A stretch of 64,000 nucleotides of DNA from Cyanophora paradoxa CCMP329 (GCA_004431415.1 QPMI01000109.1:62001-126000); one strand, 5' to 3'; counted from the first letter of the stretch, positions 35,085 through 48,222 are shown. Numbers and translations are program-made. The notes: generated from the letters alone by a model not told the origin.

Positions 35085-36974
35085 ATGGAGCATGAAGACA
35101 ACTTCGACCACATAGCAGAGCTCTCGGACCCATGCTGGGCTGCGCTGCGCGCCGCTACCGGCGGCGCGGCGGACAGGGCGCGGGAGGCGGCGGAGAAGGT
35201 CTTCAGCATGGACCTCGCATTCCAGACGGGTCGCGAGATGCGGACGGCGAAGGCGCACGAGCTGGACAGGCGCTTCCTGAAGAAGCTGTTCGACCTCGGG
35301 CTCTTCGTGCTGCGGTGCGCACGCGCCGCCTCCCCCGCGTGGAGGCCGGGCCGGCGCCGAGCCGCCGCCCTCGCCCCAGGTACCTCTCGTCTTTTTACCT
35401 CGTCGCGGTCGCCTGGTTCGGCTTCGCCTACGACGCGGACCACTACGCGCACACGCTGCGAGTGGCCGCGTGCCTCGCGGCCGCCTCCGTCTGCATCTCC
35501 CTCCACGCCGTCTTCGCCCCGGCGGTCCGCGCGCGCCTCTGCTTCGTCCCGCCGCACGGCGGCCTCGGCATGGCCGTGCGGGCCCTCCTGCACGTCCGGA
35601 GCGCGCCCAGCTTCCTCGAGCTCGCCCGCGGCGAGCCCCGGTGCGAGCGCGCGCCCGCCGCCGCCGCCGCCGCAGGGGCGCGCGCGGGGCGCGGGGCTGA
35701 CGGGAGGCGGCGGCAGGCTCGCGGTCTTCGTGCTGGCGCTGGCGGGAGAGCTCCTCTTCGGCTCCCTCTTCGCCCTCGTGCGCCGCTCGCCCGAGACCGC
35801 CAGCCAGAACGACTGGGTCCGCGCCCCGGCCCCCGCCCCGCCCGCCCCGCCCTCCCCGACGGGGCGCGCCTCGCCGGCGCAGGTCGCGGCCGGCGGCGTC
35901 TTCCTCCTCGTGCCCCTCCTCGACTACGGCCGCGCCTTCCTCACCCCCGAGGCCGCCGAGGTGCCCCCGCCCCCGCCCGCCGCCGGCCCCGGCGCGAGAG
36001 GCGCGCGCAGGCGATGCAGAAGACGGCGACGTACACGGGCACGCACTTCGCGCTCACGCCGCGCGCCACGAGCCTCGACGTCACCAGCGCCACGTTCGTC
36101 CAGGCGCGGCGTACCCCCGTTGAACCGCCCCGCCCCGCGCCTCTCAGCCCCGCGCAGGACCTCGTTCCGGACGCTGTACCCATCCGTCGCGTGTCGGGGG
36201 CCCGCCTGGGGTACTCCCTCGTCCGCATGCGCGAGCTGCTGGGGGGGAAGCAGGCCATCAAGTTCATCGGTCCGAGTACCCCCCCCCCCTGGGCGCCTCT
36301 GACGGGGCGCGCGCAGACTTCCTCTTCTACGTGATCTTCCCCCTGGCGGACGAGGGCGCCCCGCCGCCGCCGCCGGCGGGCGCCTCCGAGGGGCGGGGCA
36401 CGCCGGGGCCCCCCGCGGACCCCGAGTCGCCGCTGCTGGGGGAGCACTACGTGTCGCCCCGCGCGTACAACGCCGCCCTCGCCGTCGTCGCGGGGCCCGC
36501 GCGGCCCTCTACCTCCCTGGCGCCCCCGCGCGCCCCGCCGCGCCCCGCGGCGCGCCTCTTCTTCAGCTGCGCCGAGGCGGCCGCCGCCGAGGCCGTCCTC
36601 TCCGCCGTCGAGCGCGCCTCCTCGCGCCCCGAGGTGGCCCCCGCCCGGCAAGGCGCCGGCGGCGGCGGCGTCGCCGGCCCCCCTCACTCTGGGGCGGGCA
36701 GGTGCGGGAGCAGTGCGGGGCCGTGCGGGCCTTCCTCCGCGCGGTCGGCGAGCTCGACCGCGCCGTCGCCGCCGCCACCGAGGGCGACGGTGCCTCCCCC
36801 CGCCCCCCCGCCCTCGCCGGGGCCCGAGCGGGGCGGGCGGGGCGGGGCGCAGTGGAGCGGCGGCGGGACCTGCGGGACGTGCGCGTGTCGGCGCTGACCC
36901 TCACCCTCGACCGCGACCGCATCGCCCGGCGCAGCGTGCCCCCGCTCCCCTCCCCCCACGCCGTCGTCATCTAG
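35085..36974 (+). CDS. Hypothetical protein with ~4 N-terminal TM helices
   Basis: Consistent spliced frame with hydrophobic segments (FYLVAVAWFGFA, ACLAAASVCISL, LAVFVLALAGELLFGSLF, VAAGGVFLLVPLL); no family recognised. Confidence 0.55.
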
Positions 36975-37105
36975 GCGCCCCGGCGCCACCGCCCCCCGCG
37001 ACTCTCTCCATCGCACCTGAACCCAAGTACTCTTCTCCCCCACGCCGCCTCAAGATGTCCAGTGACGGAAATTAAAGCGCCGGCGCACAGCGTTCTGCGC
37101 ATGCA

Positions 37106-37533
37106 CGTGCACGTGGTGCAAGCTTGGTTACGTTATAGGCTTCCACAGCCGCAGCAGAGCCAGAAGGGTCCGGAAGAGCCCTCGCCGAGTCTAAGATGCA
37201 GGCAGCGCGGCGGCCGAACGCGCTCCAAAAGGCCCAGGCCGTCGAGCTTGCGGGGCGGGCGGGGCCCGTTGCGGGGGGTCGAGGCGGGGCAAAAAGTGCA
37301 GAAAGTGACCCCTGAGGGATTTGAACCCCCAGCCTTCTGATCTGGAGTCAGACGCGCTACCGTTGCGCCAAGGAGTCGTGCGAATTTCCGCTCACCCGCC
37401 TCTGGTCGCTCGGTGGCCCGAAGGCCCGCCACCGAAGCGTCCTCGACGCGTACCCGCTGGCCCGGCTCAGGTCGCTCAGCCCGGCTGCAGCGGGCCACTA
37501 TCGCGCGAGCCGACGGGTAGCGCGAAGCTTCGC
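37106..37533 (-). repeat. ~430 bp segmental duplication containing tRNA-Trp (inverted copy of 45203-45637)
   Basis: Flanks align to the reverse complement of 45203-45637 with scattered substitutions and indels; the tRNA body is identical. Confidence 0.9.
37306..37377 (-). tRNA. trnW-CCA: tRNA-Trp(CCA)
   Basis: GACTCCTTGGCGCAACGGTAGCGCGTCTGACTCCAGATCAGAAGGCTGGGGGTTCAAATCCCTCAGGGGTCA cloverleaf, anticodon CCA, T-run downstream. Confidence 0.95.
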
Positions 37534-37942
37534 CGGACCGCCGGTGGTCCCCCCGGTGGCCAACCGCCCCCGAACGTCGTCCGAGCGCCCTCCGAGCCCA
37601 AAGCGAGCATCTAGTTTGCCATCTAACACGGAACCGCCTGTGGTTTGAACTTCGTCCGAACGCCCTCTGAGCAGTCGGCTCGGGCCCGAAGAGAACATCT
37701 ACAGCTGAGACTACCGGTCGACTTCGCGGCGCCGGCCGGCGGCCAACCCGCAACTTAATCTTCAGATCTAGATGCCCACGAGCCGCGGTGCCGGCCGCGG
37801 TGCTGGCGCGGCCGCCAAGATGAGACAGCGTGGCGTCCAATGTTAGCGGCAGCCGCCGCCGCGCGCGTGGACGTTCTACGCTTGCGCAGAGGCCCTGCCG
37901 CGGAGAGCTGGCGCGGAGAGACCCCTGCAGGTCCACCTGGCC

Positions 37943-40900
37943 ATGGCCAGCTGCAGGTCCGCGGCCGGGGCGGTGCCGCGACCAGAGCTCGACGCGTATG
38001 AGTCCAACTAATCGAGCGAGGGCACGCCCGACAGAGCGCGGTCTTCGAGAAGCTGGAAGCGAGGCAGGCCGTGCAAGGACTTGCGCCGGATCCGACGGCG
38101 CTCGTCTTCGACACAACCGTCCATCAGCTGCACTGGTGCGGAACGCGCTGCGTCCATCAGGGGGCCGTGCTGCGCTTAAGGCGCGGCGATGCGGAACTCG
38201 GAAGATGACGTCTGTTTCTGTTTCTGCCGCGGCAGGCTCCGCTTCCCGGATGCGGCTGTGCTCGCCGGGACGGGCGTCCTGCTCACGGCGAACAAGCTGG
38301 GCCCGCCCAGCATCGCTGTTCAGGTGCGGCGCGCCGTGCCGGGTGCCGCCGCCGCGTCCGCGGAGCGCTCAGCGCTAGCGCCACGGCGCAGTCGTGTGAG
38401 TGGACCGTGTTTTTGGTGGTCGGAGCGGACGGCACCGTCGGCCCTTTCAGGTGCCGTGCGCACCCGCCTCGCCCCCGGATTCCGCTGACAGGGCCGCGCT
38501 CCGGCAGCTTCTCCGAGGCGGCCCAGGCGCGTCTTTTGCCCGTCTCGTGCGCGGCGTCTCCCGACGGCGCCGGGGCGCGCGCGCAGGGCTCGGAGCAGGC
38601 GGTGGAGCTGCTCGCGAGGCGGGCGGACACCGGCGCGCCGCTCACGAGCGCCCGCATCGTCTTCCTCGCGCGACGCGAGCCCGACGATGCGAGAGCAGAG
38701 CCGCCGCCGGCAGAGTCGCAGGCTTCTCCCGCCGGCCCCTCTCCGCCCGGCGCCCTCCCTTCGGGCGCCCCGCCGCCGTCGCTCCCGTGCCCTCCCAGCG
38801 TCGCCGAGACCGCCTCTACCTCCCACCCGCCGCCTCCGCTGCAACCGGCGGTCGCTGCGCCCGCCCGGGCCGTGGCGGCGTGGCCCCAGCCGGGGCCCAG
38901 CAGCGGGGCGCAGGGGGAGGAAGACCCCGCGGCGCCGCTGGAGCACGCCGCGCGGCTGGCTGAGCGTCGCACGCGCGCCACAGCGCACGAGCAGTCCGGC
39001 TTCCGTGCGCCCCCCCTTCGCGCCCCGCCGGCTGGCACGCCCCGCTGACGGCCCCCGCGCCCCCGCGCAGCCTTCCTCGACCCCGCAGTCGTCTCGGGCC
39101 TCGAGTCGCTCGTGATCAGCGCGCGCGAGGGCGAGGCCGCGGGGTCGGCGGCGGCGGGCGAAGGGAGCGGCCGGCGCGGCGGGTGCGGCGGGTGGCGCCG
39201 GGCCTGGAGGCGAGCGAGAGCCTCCTCCGCCGCATCGACGCCGCCGCCGTCGACGGCGGCGACGGTGCCTCCAGCGACGCCGATGACGCCCCAGCGCCGC
39301 CGCCGCCGCCGCCACCCGCGGGCCCGGCCGGCGGAAGCCGGCCCGGACGCGGCTCTGGCGGGCGGAGCGAGCGAGACTTCGTCTTCGAGAGCGACGCGGC
39401 GCGGGCGGCGTTCGAGGAGCGCGCCGGCGCCGCGTTGCGGGCGCTCGCCGCGGCGCCCTCGCCCGACACCGCCGCCGCCTTCCTCCGCGCCTTCGGTGCG
39501 CCCCGCCACGCCGCCGACACCGGGACGGGGGCCCGACTGCCGCCGCTGAACGGCGCGCGCAGCGTCGGGGCCGGCGCTGGACTCGCGGTTCGTGTGGACG
39601 CCGTCGGGACAGCGCGACCTGCGGCGAGCAGCGCTGCTGCTACGGGCCGCGGCGCGCTCGGTCGCCCCGGAGCAGAGCGCGCTCGGCGGTCTCGTGAGCT
39701 CCGCCGTCAACGGGTGCGGCGGCCCTTTCGCTGGCCCCGCTCTCCGGCCGACCCGCACCCGCGTCCCTCCGCAGGATTATGTTCTTCTCGCGCTTCGCGC
39801 CGTACGGGACCCGCCGCCGCTCCCGCCCCTCGCGGGCGGGCCCGACGCGGGCGGGGGCAGGGAGAAGCTGGTGGCGGCGTGCGAGCGGAGCTGGGAGCTG
39901 GCGGACGCGGTGACGCCGCCGACGACGGGCCTGGCGCTGGACCTGGCGCTCGTGCCCGTGCCGCAGCTCGTGCAGCTCGCCCGCCTCGCCGCCGCCTTCC
40001 TCGAGCCCCTCAGCGAGGAGAGCCCGGGGCCCTACGCCGAGGCCCGCCCCGCCCCGCCCCGCCCCGCCCCGCCCGGCGCCCCTCACGCCGAGGCAGGCCC
40101 TCTCCTTCCTCGGCCTCCGCCTGCTCCAGAACCTCGAGGCGCCCCCCGCCCCCCCGCGCCCCCCGCCGGCCCCCGCGCTCACGGCGCGCCGCAGGACGAG
40201 GAGGCGTGCAGGGTGCTCTACTCGGCGTGGGGGCTCGTCAAGAGGCGCGGCCTCTCGCCGTGCAGGGCCGAGTGCCGGGCGATCCGCTGCATCGCCATGA
40301 GCCTCGCGCGCCGCAACCAGAACGAGAAGGCGGCCGAGGTGGCCGCCTGCTGCTACTGGTACCTCCCGCCCGCTTCAGACACGGACGCGGATCGCCCGGC
40401 GGCGGGGGCGCGCTTACGGGCCGCCGCGCAGGTTCGAGCACGAGGGGAGGCTCTCCGGGGCCGACTGGCGGATCAAGTTCGGCTCCATAGACTCGCTGGG
40501 TGCGCGATGGCGGGCCTCTGCCGCCGCGCCGGGGCCTCGCGGGCGCGAGCGAGCGGGCGGCGGGGGCGGGGGCGGGGCAGCGCGGGTGGCGCTGGGGCGG
40601 CGGGACTGGGAGGTCGTGCTCGCCCTGCACCGCACCCAGGGCGAACTCGCCGAGCGGCAGATGGACCCCGTCCGCCCCGCCCCCGCCCCCGCCCCCGCCG
40701 GCCCCTCGCCCTCCAGCGCGCCCCGCGAGCGAGCGGGCCCCGCCCCCGCAGGAGGACCCCGATGTCGCCAACTTAGCCTTCATGCAGACGGCGAGCCGCC
40801 CCCTTCCCCTCCTCCCCCGCCCCGCCGCCCTCACCCGTGCCGCCTGGGCGCAGGCCTACTCCGGCGCCCTCGCCCTGCACAGGGGTCCGTCCCCCGCGTG

Positions 40901-41697
40901 CGGGGCCGGGGCCGGCCTCGGAGTGACGGGGGCGCCCCCTTCCTGGCGCGCAGGGCGCTACCTCGAGTTCATCGGGAACTACCGGCGCACGCTGCGCGTC
41001 ATCCGGGAGCGCGCCGAGCTGCTCCTCGCGAGCCCCCTCCTCGACGTCCGCAACGCCTTCAGGGCGACCCCGGGGGCGGAGAAGGCGATGGCCTCCGGCC
41101 TCCGCCTCGCCGTCCTCCTCCAGCGCACCCTCGACTGGAGGCGCCCGCCCGCCCCGCCCGCCCCGGCCGCCTCGCCGCGCGCCGCTGACGGGGCCGGGGG
41201 CAGCGGGGCGACGCCGGTGCTGGCGCACATGCTGTACGGCCTGGCGGGGGGCTACGCGAGCCTCGGGGACGCGCGGCGCGCCGCCTCCACCCTCCGCGAG
41301 GCCCTCAAGGTCCCGCCCGCCCCGCCCCGCCCCGCCCCGCCCCGCCCTGCCCCCGCCCGGCCCCGGCCCGAGCGGAGGCTCCCGCCCGCAGGAGTACGGG
41401 CGCTTCCCGGGGACCTTCCCGGGGGACCACCCGCGCGTCCTCGCCGCCCGCGCCGCCCTCGCCGCCTGCTCGGCCGCCTGCTCGCGCTCCCCTCCACCAC
41501 CTCCGCCTCCCCTCCGCCTCCCCGCCTCCTCCCTCTCCCCGCCCCGATCCCTCCCCATCGCCCCGGGCTCCAGCTCCGGCGCCAGCCCCGCCTCCCTCCC
41601 CGCCCCGAGCCCCGCCCGCCTGCCCCCGAGCCCGCCCCGGCCCCCGCCCCTCTCTTCAACTTTCGCTTCTTTAGATCTAGTTAAGTACTATAGTTAG
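37943..41697 (+). CDS. Multi-exon helical-repeat (TPR-like) protein, paralog B
   Basis: ACERSWELADA, QLVQLARLAAAFLEPLSEESPGPYAEA, GLRLAVLLQRTLDW..TPVLAHMLYGLAGGYASLGDARRAASTLREALK, EYGRFPGTFPGDHPRVL; homologous to 5539-7450. Ends approximate. Confidence 0.6.
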
Positions 41698-42795
41698 TTA
41701 AAAATATCGGTTCGAGCTCGCCCGCGCTTCAATTTTAAGCTCGCTCCGGATCCTTAAGCGCTAGCTTCAAAATGTGCAATTGATCATGACTCATAATTAG
41801 CCTAGTAGCTGAAATCATGATTTCAAGTTTAGCCTAGTATACGTAGCATGAATTAGTAAGTCATGATCATGATATCGATATTAATGGGTGTCTACGTTGA
41901 TATTAATATTGATCATGATCATGAATATTTGGATACGCATGCGCATCGCTTGCTGTCGCCGCGGCGCTGCAATCCGATGATCGTCAAATTGCAATGCCTT
42001 CTATACATATGCATCCTAATCGATATCTATCCTACTTTAACTATCCTGCAATGCCGATTGGGCACGCTCTACTAGGCTACTCAGTGCGTGCCTACTACTA
42101 TATAGCTAGGCTACATCTTAGTTGGCAAAAATTTTGGCTAACTCCTGAAGATCGAAGGTCGAACAATCGCAAGCTTAAGATGCTTCCTATAGCTATAGGA
42201 ACTCGAGCTCCTAACCAACTAGCTACTTTCCCTACTGGGCCACATTGCACTGCATGGGCTACGTACTACGGTATACGTCACTCAGTATGCGCACACAATA
42301 TACTTTGATACTATAGCTATACGTGATAATAATTCGGTTTGGATAAATGTATATATATAGTATTCTATCTATCACTCAGTGACTCTCAAGGTATAGATTG
42401 AAAGAAATGGAACTGTTCTCAGGGCTCGCAGGCGACCTATCTTTCTAGATCTGTATACTGGGTAGCTAGCGCTGTGCTGGCATCACTCTGGTCGTGCGTC
42501 ATCCACATGCGTGGATCCGACGGTCAAAAACAACAGAAAACACCCGCAGACGTCTACATCGAGCGAAACAAAATTGGCGAACTGCGCATGCGAAAATGGC
42601 ATCGCACGGCAAGTTCAGATGCCCTTCGACAGCGGCGAAAAAAAGAATCGAAAAGAAGCTGCTGTATATGAATGTGTGGCACGAGGAGTAGATATAGTAG
42701 TAGCTACTCATCATCACGAGCTCGAGTTTGCGTAGTTGCCATATATGCGTTGAGCAGATGGATCAGTCCGCCTTGATACCCGCGTCGGCGAAAAT

Positions 42796-44387
42796 CTAAT
42801 CGCGGTCGCGATCGCGCCGGGTCAGCGGAACACATTTTGGAATTGTTCTTCTATTCGCGGGAGCTGGGGCTCGCTGGGGCGGGGGCTGGCGGGGGCGGAC
42901 CTTGGCGATGCGGCGCTGGCTCTCGCGGCCGGCGGCCTTGGAGGCGGACGAGGGCGCGTCGGAGCCGGCGGCGCCGAGCGCGCGCCTGAAGAGCTCCTTG
43001 CGGAGCTGGCACACCAGGTCCTCGACTGCCCGCCGCGAGCCGCGTGAGCGCACCGACGGGACGGAGGAGCAGCGGCGGGGCGGGGCGGGGAGGGGCGCGG
43101 GCGCGGGGCGGGGCGCACTGGAGGTGTTCGGGTCCTCCATGATCTGCTGGGAGCGGCCCTCGATGAGGCTCAGGTAGTGCTCCTCGCTGAAGCCGGCGAT
43201 CGGCGCGCACTGCTCCGTCTGCTGCAGGTGCGCCAGCCCCCGAACCCTGCCCCGTCCCGCCCTACTCAGGAAGAGAGAGGGGGGGGGGGGGGGGGGGAGC
43301 CGCGGAGGGCGGGGCGCTCGCACGCACACGGCGGCCCAGCGGCGCAGGGAGTCGAACTTGCGGAAGGGCCAGCGCTTGATCCCGCACTTCCGGCAGACGC
43401 GCTTCATCGTCGTCCCGCTCAGGCCCTGCCATATGCACGATCTCGATCATCGGAATTCGAATGGGGGAGGGGCCGCGGCCGCGGGCCGGCGGGGCGCACC
43501 AGGGCCCTGACGGCCTCCTCGGAGGGGACCTTGAAGTGGCGGCGCATGCGGGCGAGGAGCTTGCGCGGCTCCTCCCCCGTCCACCCCGCGCTCGGCCGCC
43601 CCTCCCCGGCCCCCAGCGCCCCCTCCTCCGCCCCGGCCCTCCCCGCCTCCTCCCCCGTCGCCCTTCTGCCGGCGCCCGGCGGGGCCTCGGCGGCGTGCCG
43701 GGCCGGCTCCGGGGCGGGGCCGGCGTGGGTGGAGGCGAAGGTGCCGGGGGGGCCCGGGCGGGGCGCCCAGGAGAGGCCCAGGTCGCCGATCATCTGGGCG
43801 AAGGAGGGCGCGCCGGCCATCGCCATCGAGGGGCACACGGGGAGGTCGAACACGAGCGGGCCTGCGCTCGGACAGGGCAGCGCCGCCGCCGCCGGCTGGG
43901 AGGGGGCGGGGCGCGAGGAGGAGTGGGGCGGGGCGTGGCCGCGCGGGTGCGCCCCCGCCTGCTGGGCGTGCGCGCGCTGGAGCTCCTGCTGCTGCAGCTG
44001 CAGCTGCTGCTGGTGGAAGTGCAGCTGCGCGGCGAGCTCTTGCCGGAAATCAAGCGGCAGGCCCTGCTGCCCCAGGAGCTGCCCCTGCGCATGCCCGGGC
44101 GCCGGGGGCCGCGCGGGCGGCGAGCTCGCGGCCTCAACACCCGCCGGCGCCTGCTCCTTCGGCCCGTTGACGGGCGGCTGCTGCTGCTTCAGTTGAGTGA
44201 TCAGCGAAGCCGAGGGCAGCTGAGTGATGATCTGCGACGCCGGGGCCGGGGCCGCCGGCTGCTTGCTGGGTCCAGATCTGCCCCCCCCGGCGGGCGAGGC
44301 CAGATCGCGGCCATGGGGCTCCCCGTTGCCGGCCGCGGGGTTCAGCTGGAAGTGCGGGACGAATGCCCAGCCGCCGGGACCCATCAT
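42796..44387 (-). CDS. RWP-RK transcription factor (short RKD-like)
   Basis: MRRHFKVPSEEAVRAL|GLSGTTMKRVCRKCGIKRWPFRKFDSL; Gln-rich N-terminus; downstream IMEDPNT..QLRKELFR helix; no PB1 seen. 3' end uncertain. Confidence 0.88.
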
Positions 44388-45202
44388 GGCATCGGGAAGG
44401 AGGCGGCACCGGCGGGGTAGATTTCCGACGGGTCTGCCGGTCCGTGACCGGAGGAGAGGCCGAAGGCGCCAGCCGAACTCGAGGAGGGGTCGCTGTTGAG
44501 GGCGAGAATTCAGAGGCCGGGCCAGCTGATGGCCGGGCCGCGCTGGGACTGCTGCGAATCGAGCGGCTGGCTGCAGGCACCGCAGCTGAAGAACGATCGG
44601 AGATTGGGGCTCGCGCCGTTTAAGAAAGCTTGCGAGGTCGGAGGCGCGAAAGATCGGCTGGGGGAGGAGGCGGAGGCGTAACGTCGCGACAAGCGCGGAT
44701 AACGAACTTCGGGATCTCACGCCTTCGCTGCGGCTGGAGAAAAGATGCACGTAGGTTCTTTTGGATCCTGATCGACGCAGCTCGTGCCAACGCTGAGCAT
44801 ATCGTCCGCACTGCCGCTTTCAAGCTAGAACCGCCGAGGCGCGGCGATGCGGTCTTTAAATTTGCAGCGGCAGCCGCGCGCAGCCGTCGTCATCGCCGCC
44901 GTGTGATGAAATGCAAGAAGGGCCCCAAGGAAGCCTTGAAGCTCGCAAGTTACGCTCTGTGGCGGAATATGCCAGGTAAGCAACGTCTCATGAAAATCTC
45001 TCATGTGAATTGCGACATCGGGAACATACGCACGTGCAAGCCTGGCCGCTGCGCGAACGCTCCTCCCCAAGGCCGGAAACTGCCAGAAGCTGAGAAGTTC
45101 TTCGTGCTGTCTGGCGCAGAGACACTCGGGCGACCCGGCCGCGATGCAGGCCAGCACGGCTAGCAGCTCGCCCCGACCCGGCTGCACATTGTAGCTGCCG
45201 AT

Positions 45203-45637
45203 GCGAAGCTTCGCGCTACCCGTCGGCTCGCGCGATATTGGCCCGCTGCAGCCGGGCTGAGCGACCTGAGCCGGGCTAGCGGGTACGCGTCGAGGACGCT
45301 TCGGTGGCGGGCCTCCGGGCCACCAAGCGACCACAGGCGGATGAGCGGAAATTCGCACGACTCCTTGGCGCAACGGTAGCGCGTCTGACTCCAGATCAGA
45401 AGGCTGGGGGTTCAAATCCCTCAGGGGTCACTTTTGCCCCGCCGAGCCCCCCCCGCAACGGGCCCCGCCCGCCCCGCAAGCTCGACGGGCCTGTTGGACT
45501 CACAGTTGGAGCGCGTTTGCCAGCGCTGCCTGCATCTCAGAGTCGGCGAGGGCTCTTCCTTCTGGCTCTGCTGCGGCTGTGGAAGCCTATCGTAACCGAG
45601 CTTGCACCAACGTAACCAAGCTTGCACCACGCGCACG
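45203..45637 (+). repeat. ~430 bp duplication containing tRNA-Trp (inverted copy of 37106-37533)
   Basis: See the partner repeat; this copy carries an extra ~20-bp tandem duplication at ~45590-45629. Confidence 0.9.
45359..45430 (+). tRNA. trnW-CCA: tRNA-Trp(CCA)
   Basis: Identical 72-nt cloverleaf followed by CTTTT. Confidence 0.95.
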
Positions 45638-45701
45638 GACGTCGACCATTCCGCCCCGCGGCCGGCAGCTTAGCAACGGTCAGCCAGCGGCCGCTATAGC
45701 T

Positions 45702-48222
45702 ATGGGTCACCGCAGCTCGAAGCACCATGCATATGGGCACCGATGGGGCCACCGCCGCGGCGAGAGCGGCGCCGCCGGCGACACCGAGGCGCCTCCTGTG
45801 CAGCTGCTGCCGATCGAGCCCGAGGAGGACGAAGACGACGGTGCGGGCGCACGGCGCCGCGCGTCGCGCAGGCGCGCCCTAATCGTCGAACGCCTCGACC
45901 GGGCAGCTGCGGCGGCGGCGGCGGCGGCGGAGGCGGGGCGCGGGTGGGAGGGGACGCTGGAGCTGCTGCCGGACGCGATCCTCGCCCGCATCCTCCTCCT
46001 CGCCGCCACCGGCCCCCGCGCCCCCTCCGCGAACTGCAGCGGCCCGCTCGAGGCGGCGTGGGCGGCGGCGGCGGCCCCGCGGTGCTCCCCGAGCGGGTGG
46101 AGCTGCTGCGGGCGGTGTGCCGGCGCTTCCGCGGGGCGCTGGACGCCGCGGGGACGCGGCGCTGCTGGAGCGCCTCGAGCTCGACCTCACCCTCGTCTGG
46201 GAGCTCGGCGCCGTCAGCGCCCCGAGGAGGACCCCGCCCGCTTCGAAGGCCAGCTCGTCCGCCAGTTCTTCCCCGAGCCGGCCTCGCGGGGCGCCCCGCC
46301 GAGCCCCGCCCTCTCCTGGCTCGCCCGCCTCCGCCCGGGCAGCTCGGGCGGCGCGGGCGCTGCGGGGCGGCTGGACCGGCTGCGGGCCTCGACGGAGCGG
46401 GAGCTGGGGCGGCTGGGGGCGGCGCGGGCCTGGCGGGCCTGCGGGGCGCCCTGCAGGAGCTCGACCTCTTCTTCGAGGCCTTCTACGCCACCGACGCGCG
46501 CCCCGCCCCGCCCCGCCCCCGCACCCGTGGCCTCACCCCGCGCTCCGCCCCGCCGGCCCCGCAGCTGCCGCTGCCGGCGGTGGCGAGCTCGTGGAGCGCC
46601 TGCCGGCCCTCCGCTCCGTCCGCCTCGCCACCGGCCTCCCCGACACGTCCGCCCCGCCCCGGCCCCGGAGCCGCCCGGGGCCGCTGAGGGGGCGGGGCGG
46701 GGCCAGGAACGCGGGGATCTTCCTGGTGCGGGAGGAGGCGGAGTACGGGGGGGCCCCAACCACGAGCTCGCCGCCCTCCTCGCCCCCCTCCCCCGCCTCC
46801 CCGCCTCCAGGTCCCGCGCCCCGCCCCCGTCCCCGCCCGCCCCGGCCCCGCCGCTCGAAGCGAAGCGGGCGCCGGGGCAGGCCCTGGACCTCGGCCCGGA
46901 GTTCCCGGCGCCCGTCCGCCTCCTCCGCGCCCTCGCCGCCCGCCCCGGCGGCCAGGCCCCGCTGCGCGCCCTCGCCGCCGCCGCGCCCCTCCAGCGCCCC
47001 GAGGAGCTGGCGCCGTGCCTCGCCGCCGCCGCCGCCATCGACGGCCTCGAGCGCCTCCGCCTCGACCCGCACCGCCCCGAGGCCCTGTACCCCCCTGACA
47101 CCCTCCCCGCCTCCGCCTCCGCCGAGTGCCTCCGGCCCCTCTCCTCCCTCTCCGCCCTCCAGTGTGCGCACGTACCCCCCAAGGCCCGCGCCCCTCCACC
47201 CCCGCCCCGCCCACGCTCCCGCCGCGCGCAGCGCTGGGCCTGGGGGTGCCCCTCGACTCGCTCGAGTTCCTCGTACCCCTGACCCGCCTCGAGCACCTCC
47301 GCCTCGCCCTCCGCTCCAGCGCCGACTGCTCCCCCCTCGCCGGCCTCCCCTGCCTCCGTACCCTCTCCCTCTACATCCCCCTCCCCTCTGACGAGGCCTC
47401 TGGCGTGCGTTACCCCCGGGACCTCCCCTGCATCCCCTTTCGAGGCGGGGGTGCGCAGGGGAGGGTGCTTGGGGGCGCGCAGGGGCGGCCTGCGCCGGGT
47501 AGCGACGCCTCCACGCGCTTCTCCGCGACGCTCGCCCGCCTCGGCTCGCTCGAGGTGCCCCCGCCCCCGCCGCCTCGCCCCTCGCAGCTCCCGACCCGCC
47601 CGCCTGCCGCGCCGCGCCGCGCAGGCGGTGGAGCTGAGCGTGCCGGAGAGCCACCTGAGCGCGCTCGCCGGGCTGCCGGCCTCGCCCGTCCTCTGGCCCC
47701 GCCTCCGCCTCGCCTGCCTCCACTCCAAGACGGGCGACCCCGCGCGCCCCTCCCGCCTCCCCGCGCCCCTCCTCCCGGTGCCCCGGGCTTCCCCCCCCCC
47801 CCCCCCCCCCCCCCGCTCCGCCGTCTCCGGCGGCCTGACGCTTCGTTCGCAGCGCGTCGCGGAGCTCGCACCGGGGCTGCGCGAGCTCGTGCTGAAGAGC
47901 GTGCCCCCACTGCCGCCGCCCGCCGGCCTCCGTCTCCGCCGCCTCGCCGCCACCGACGAGGCCCTCGGGTGCCGCCCCCCCCCCCCCCCCCCTCTTCTGA
48001 GGGAGGAAGAAAACGGCCCCCGCCGGAGCCGATCCCGAGCCCGAAACGGCGGCGGGGCGGCGCAGGTACGTGGGGTTCGAGCACCGGTACGAGGACCTGC
48101 GGGACGCGCGGAAGGTGCTGCGCGCCGCCTTCGGGGTGAAGGCGGAGCCCTTCGATCCCACCCGCACCGACCTCTGCCGCTGGCGCCTCGGGCCCCTCTT
48201 CACCGGGAGGGACGCCCGCTGA
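45702..48222 (+). CDS. F-box/LRR-like protein
   Basis: LELLPDAILARIL...LRAVCRRFRGAL..W (F-box-like). LRR-like LRPLSSLSALQ, LEFLVPLTRLEHLRL, PLAGLPCLRTLSL, LAPGLRELVL. Apparent frameshifts. Confidence 0.65.

Noticed and set aside
44880-45165. Possible small gene (MKCKKGPKEALKL...) next to the right tRNA repeat, and ORF 5103-5430
   Set aside because: No recognisable motif or consistent exon chain.
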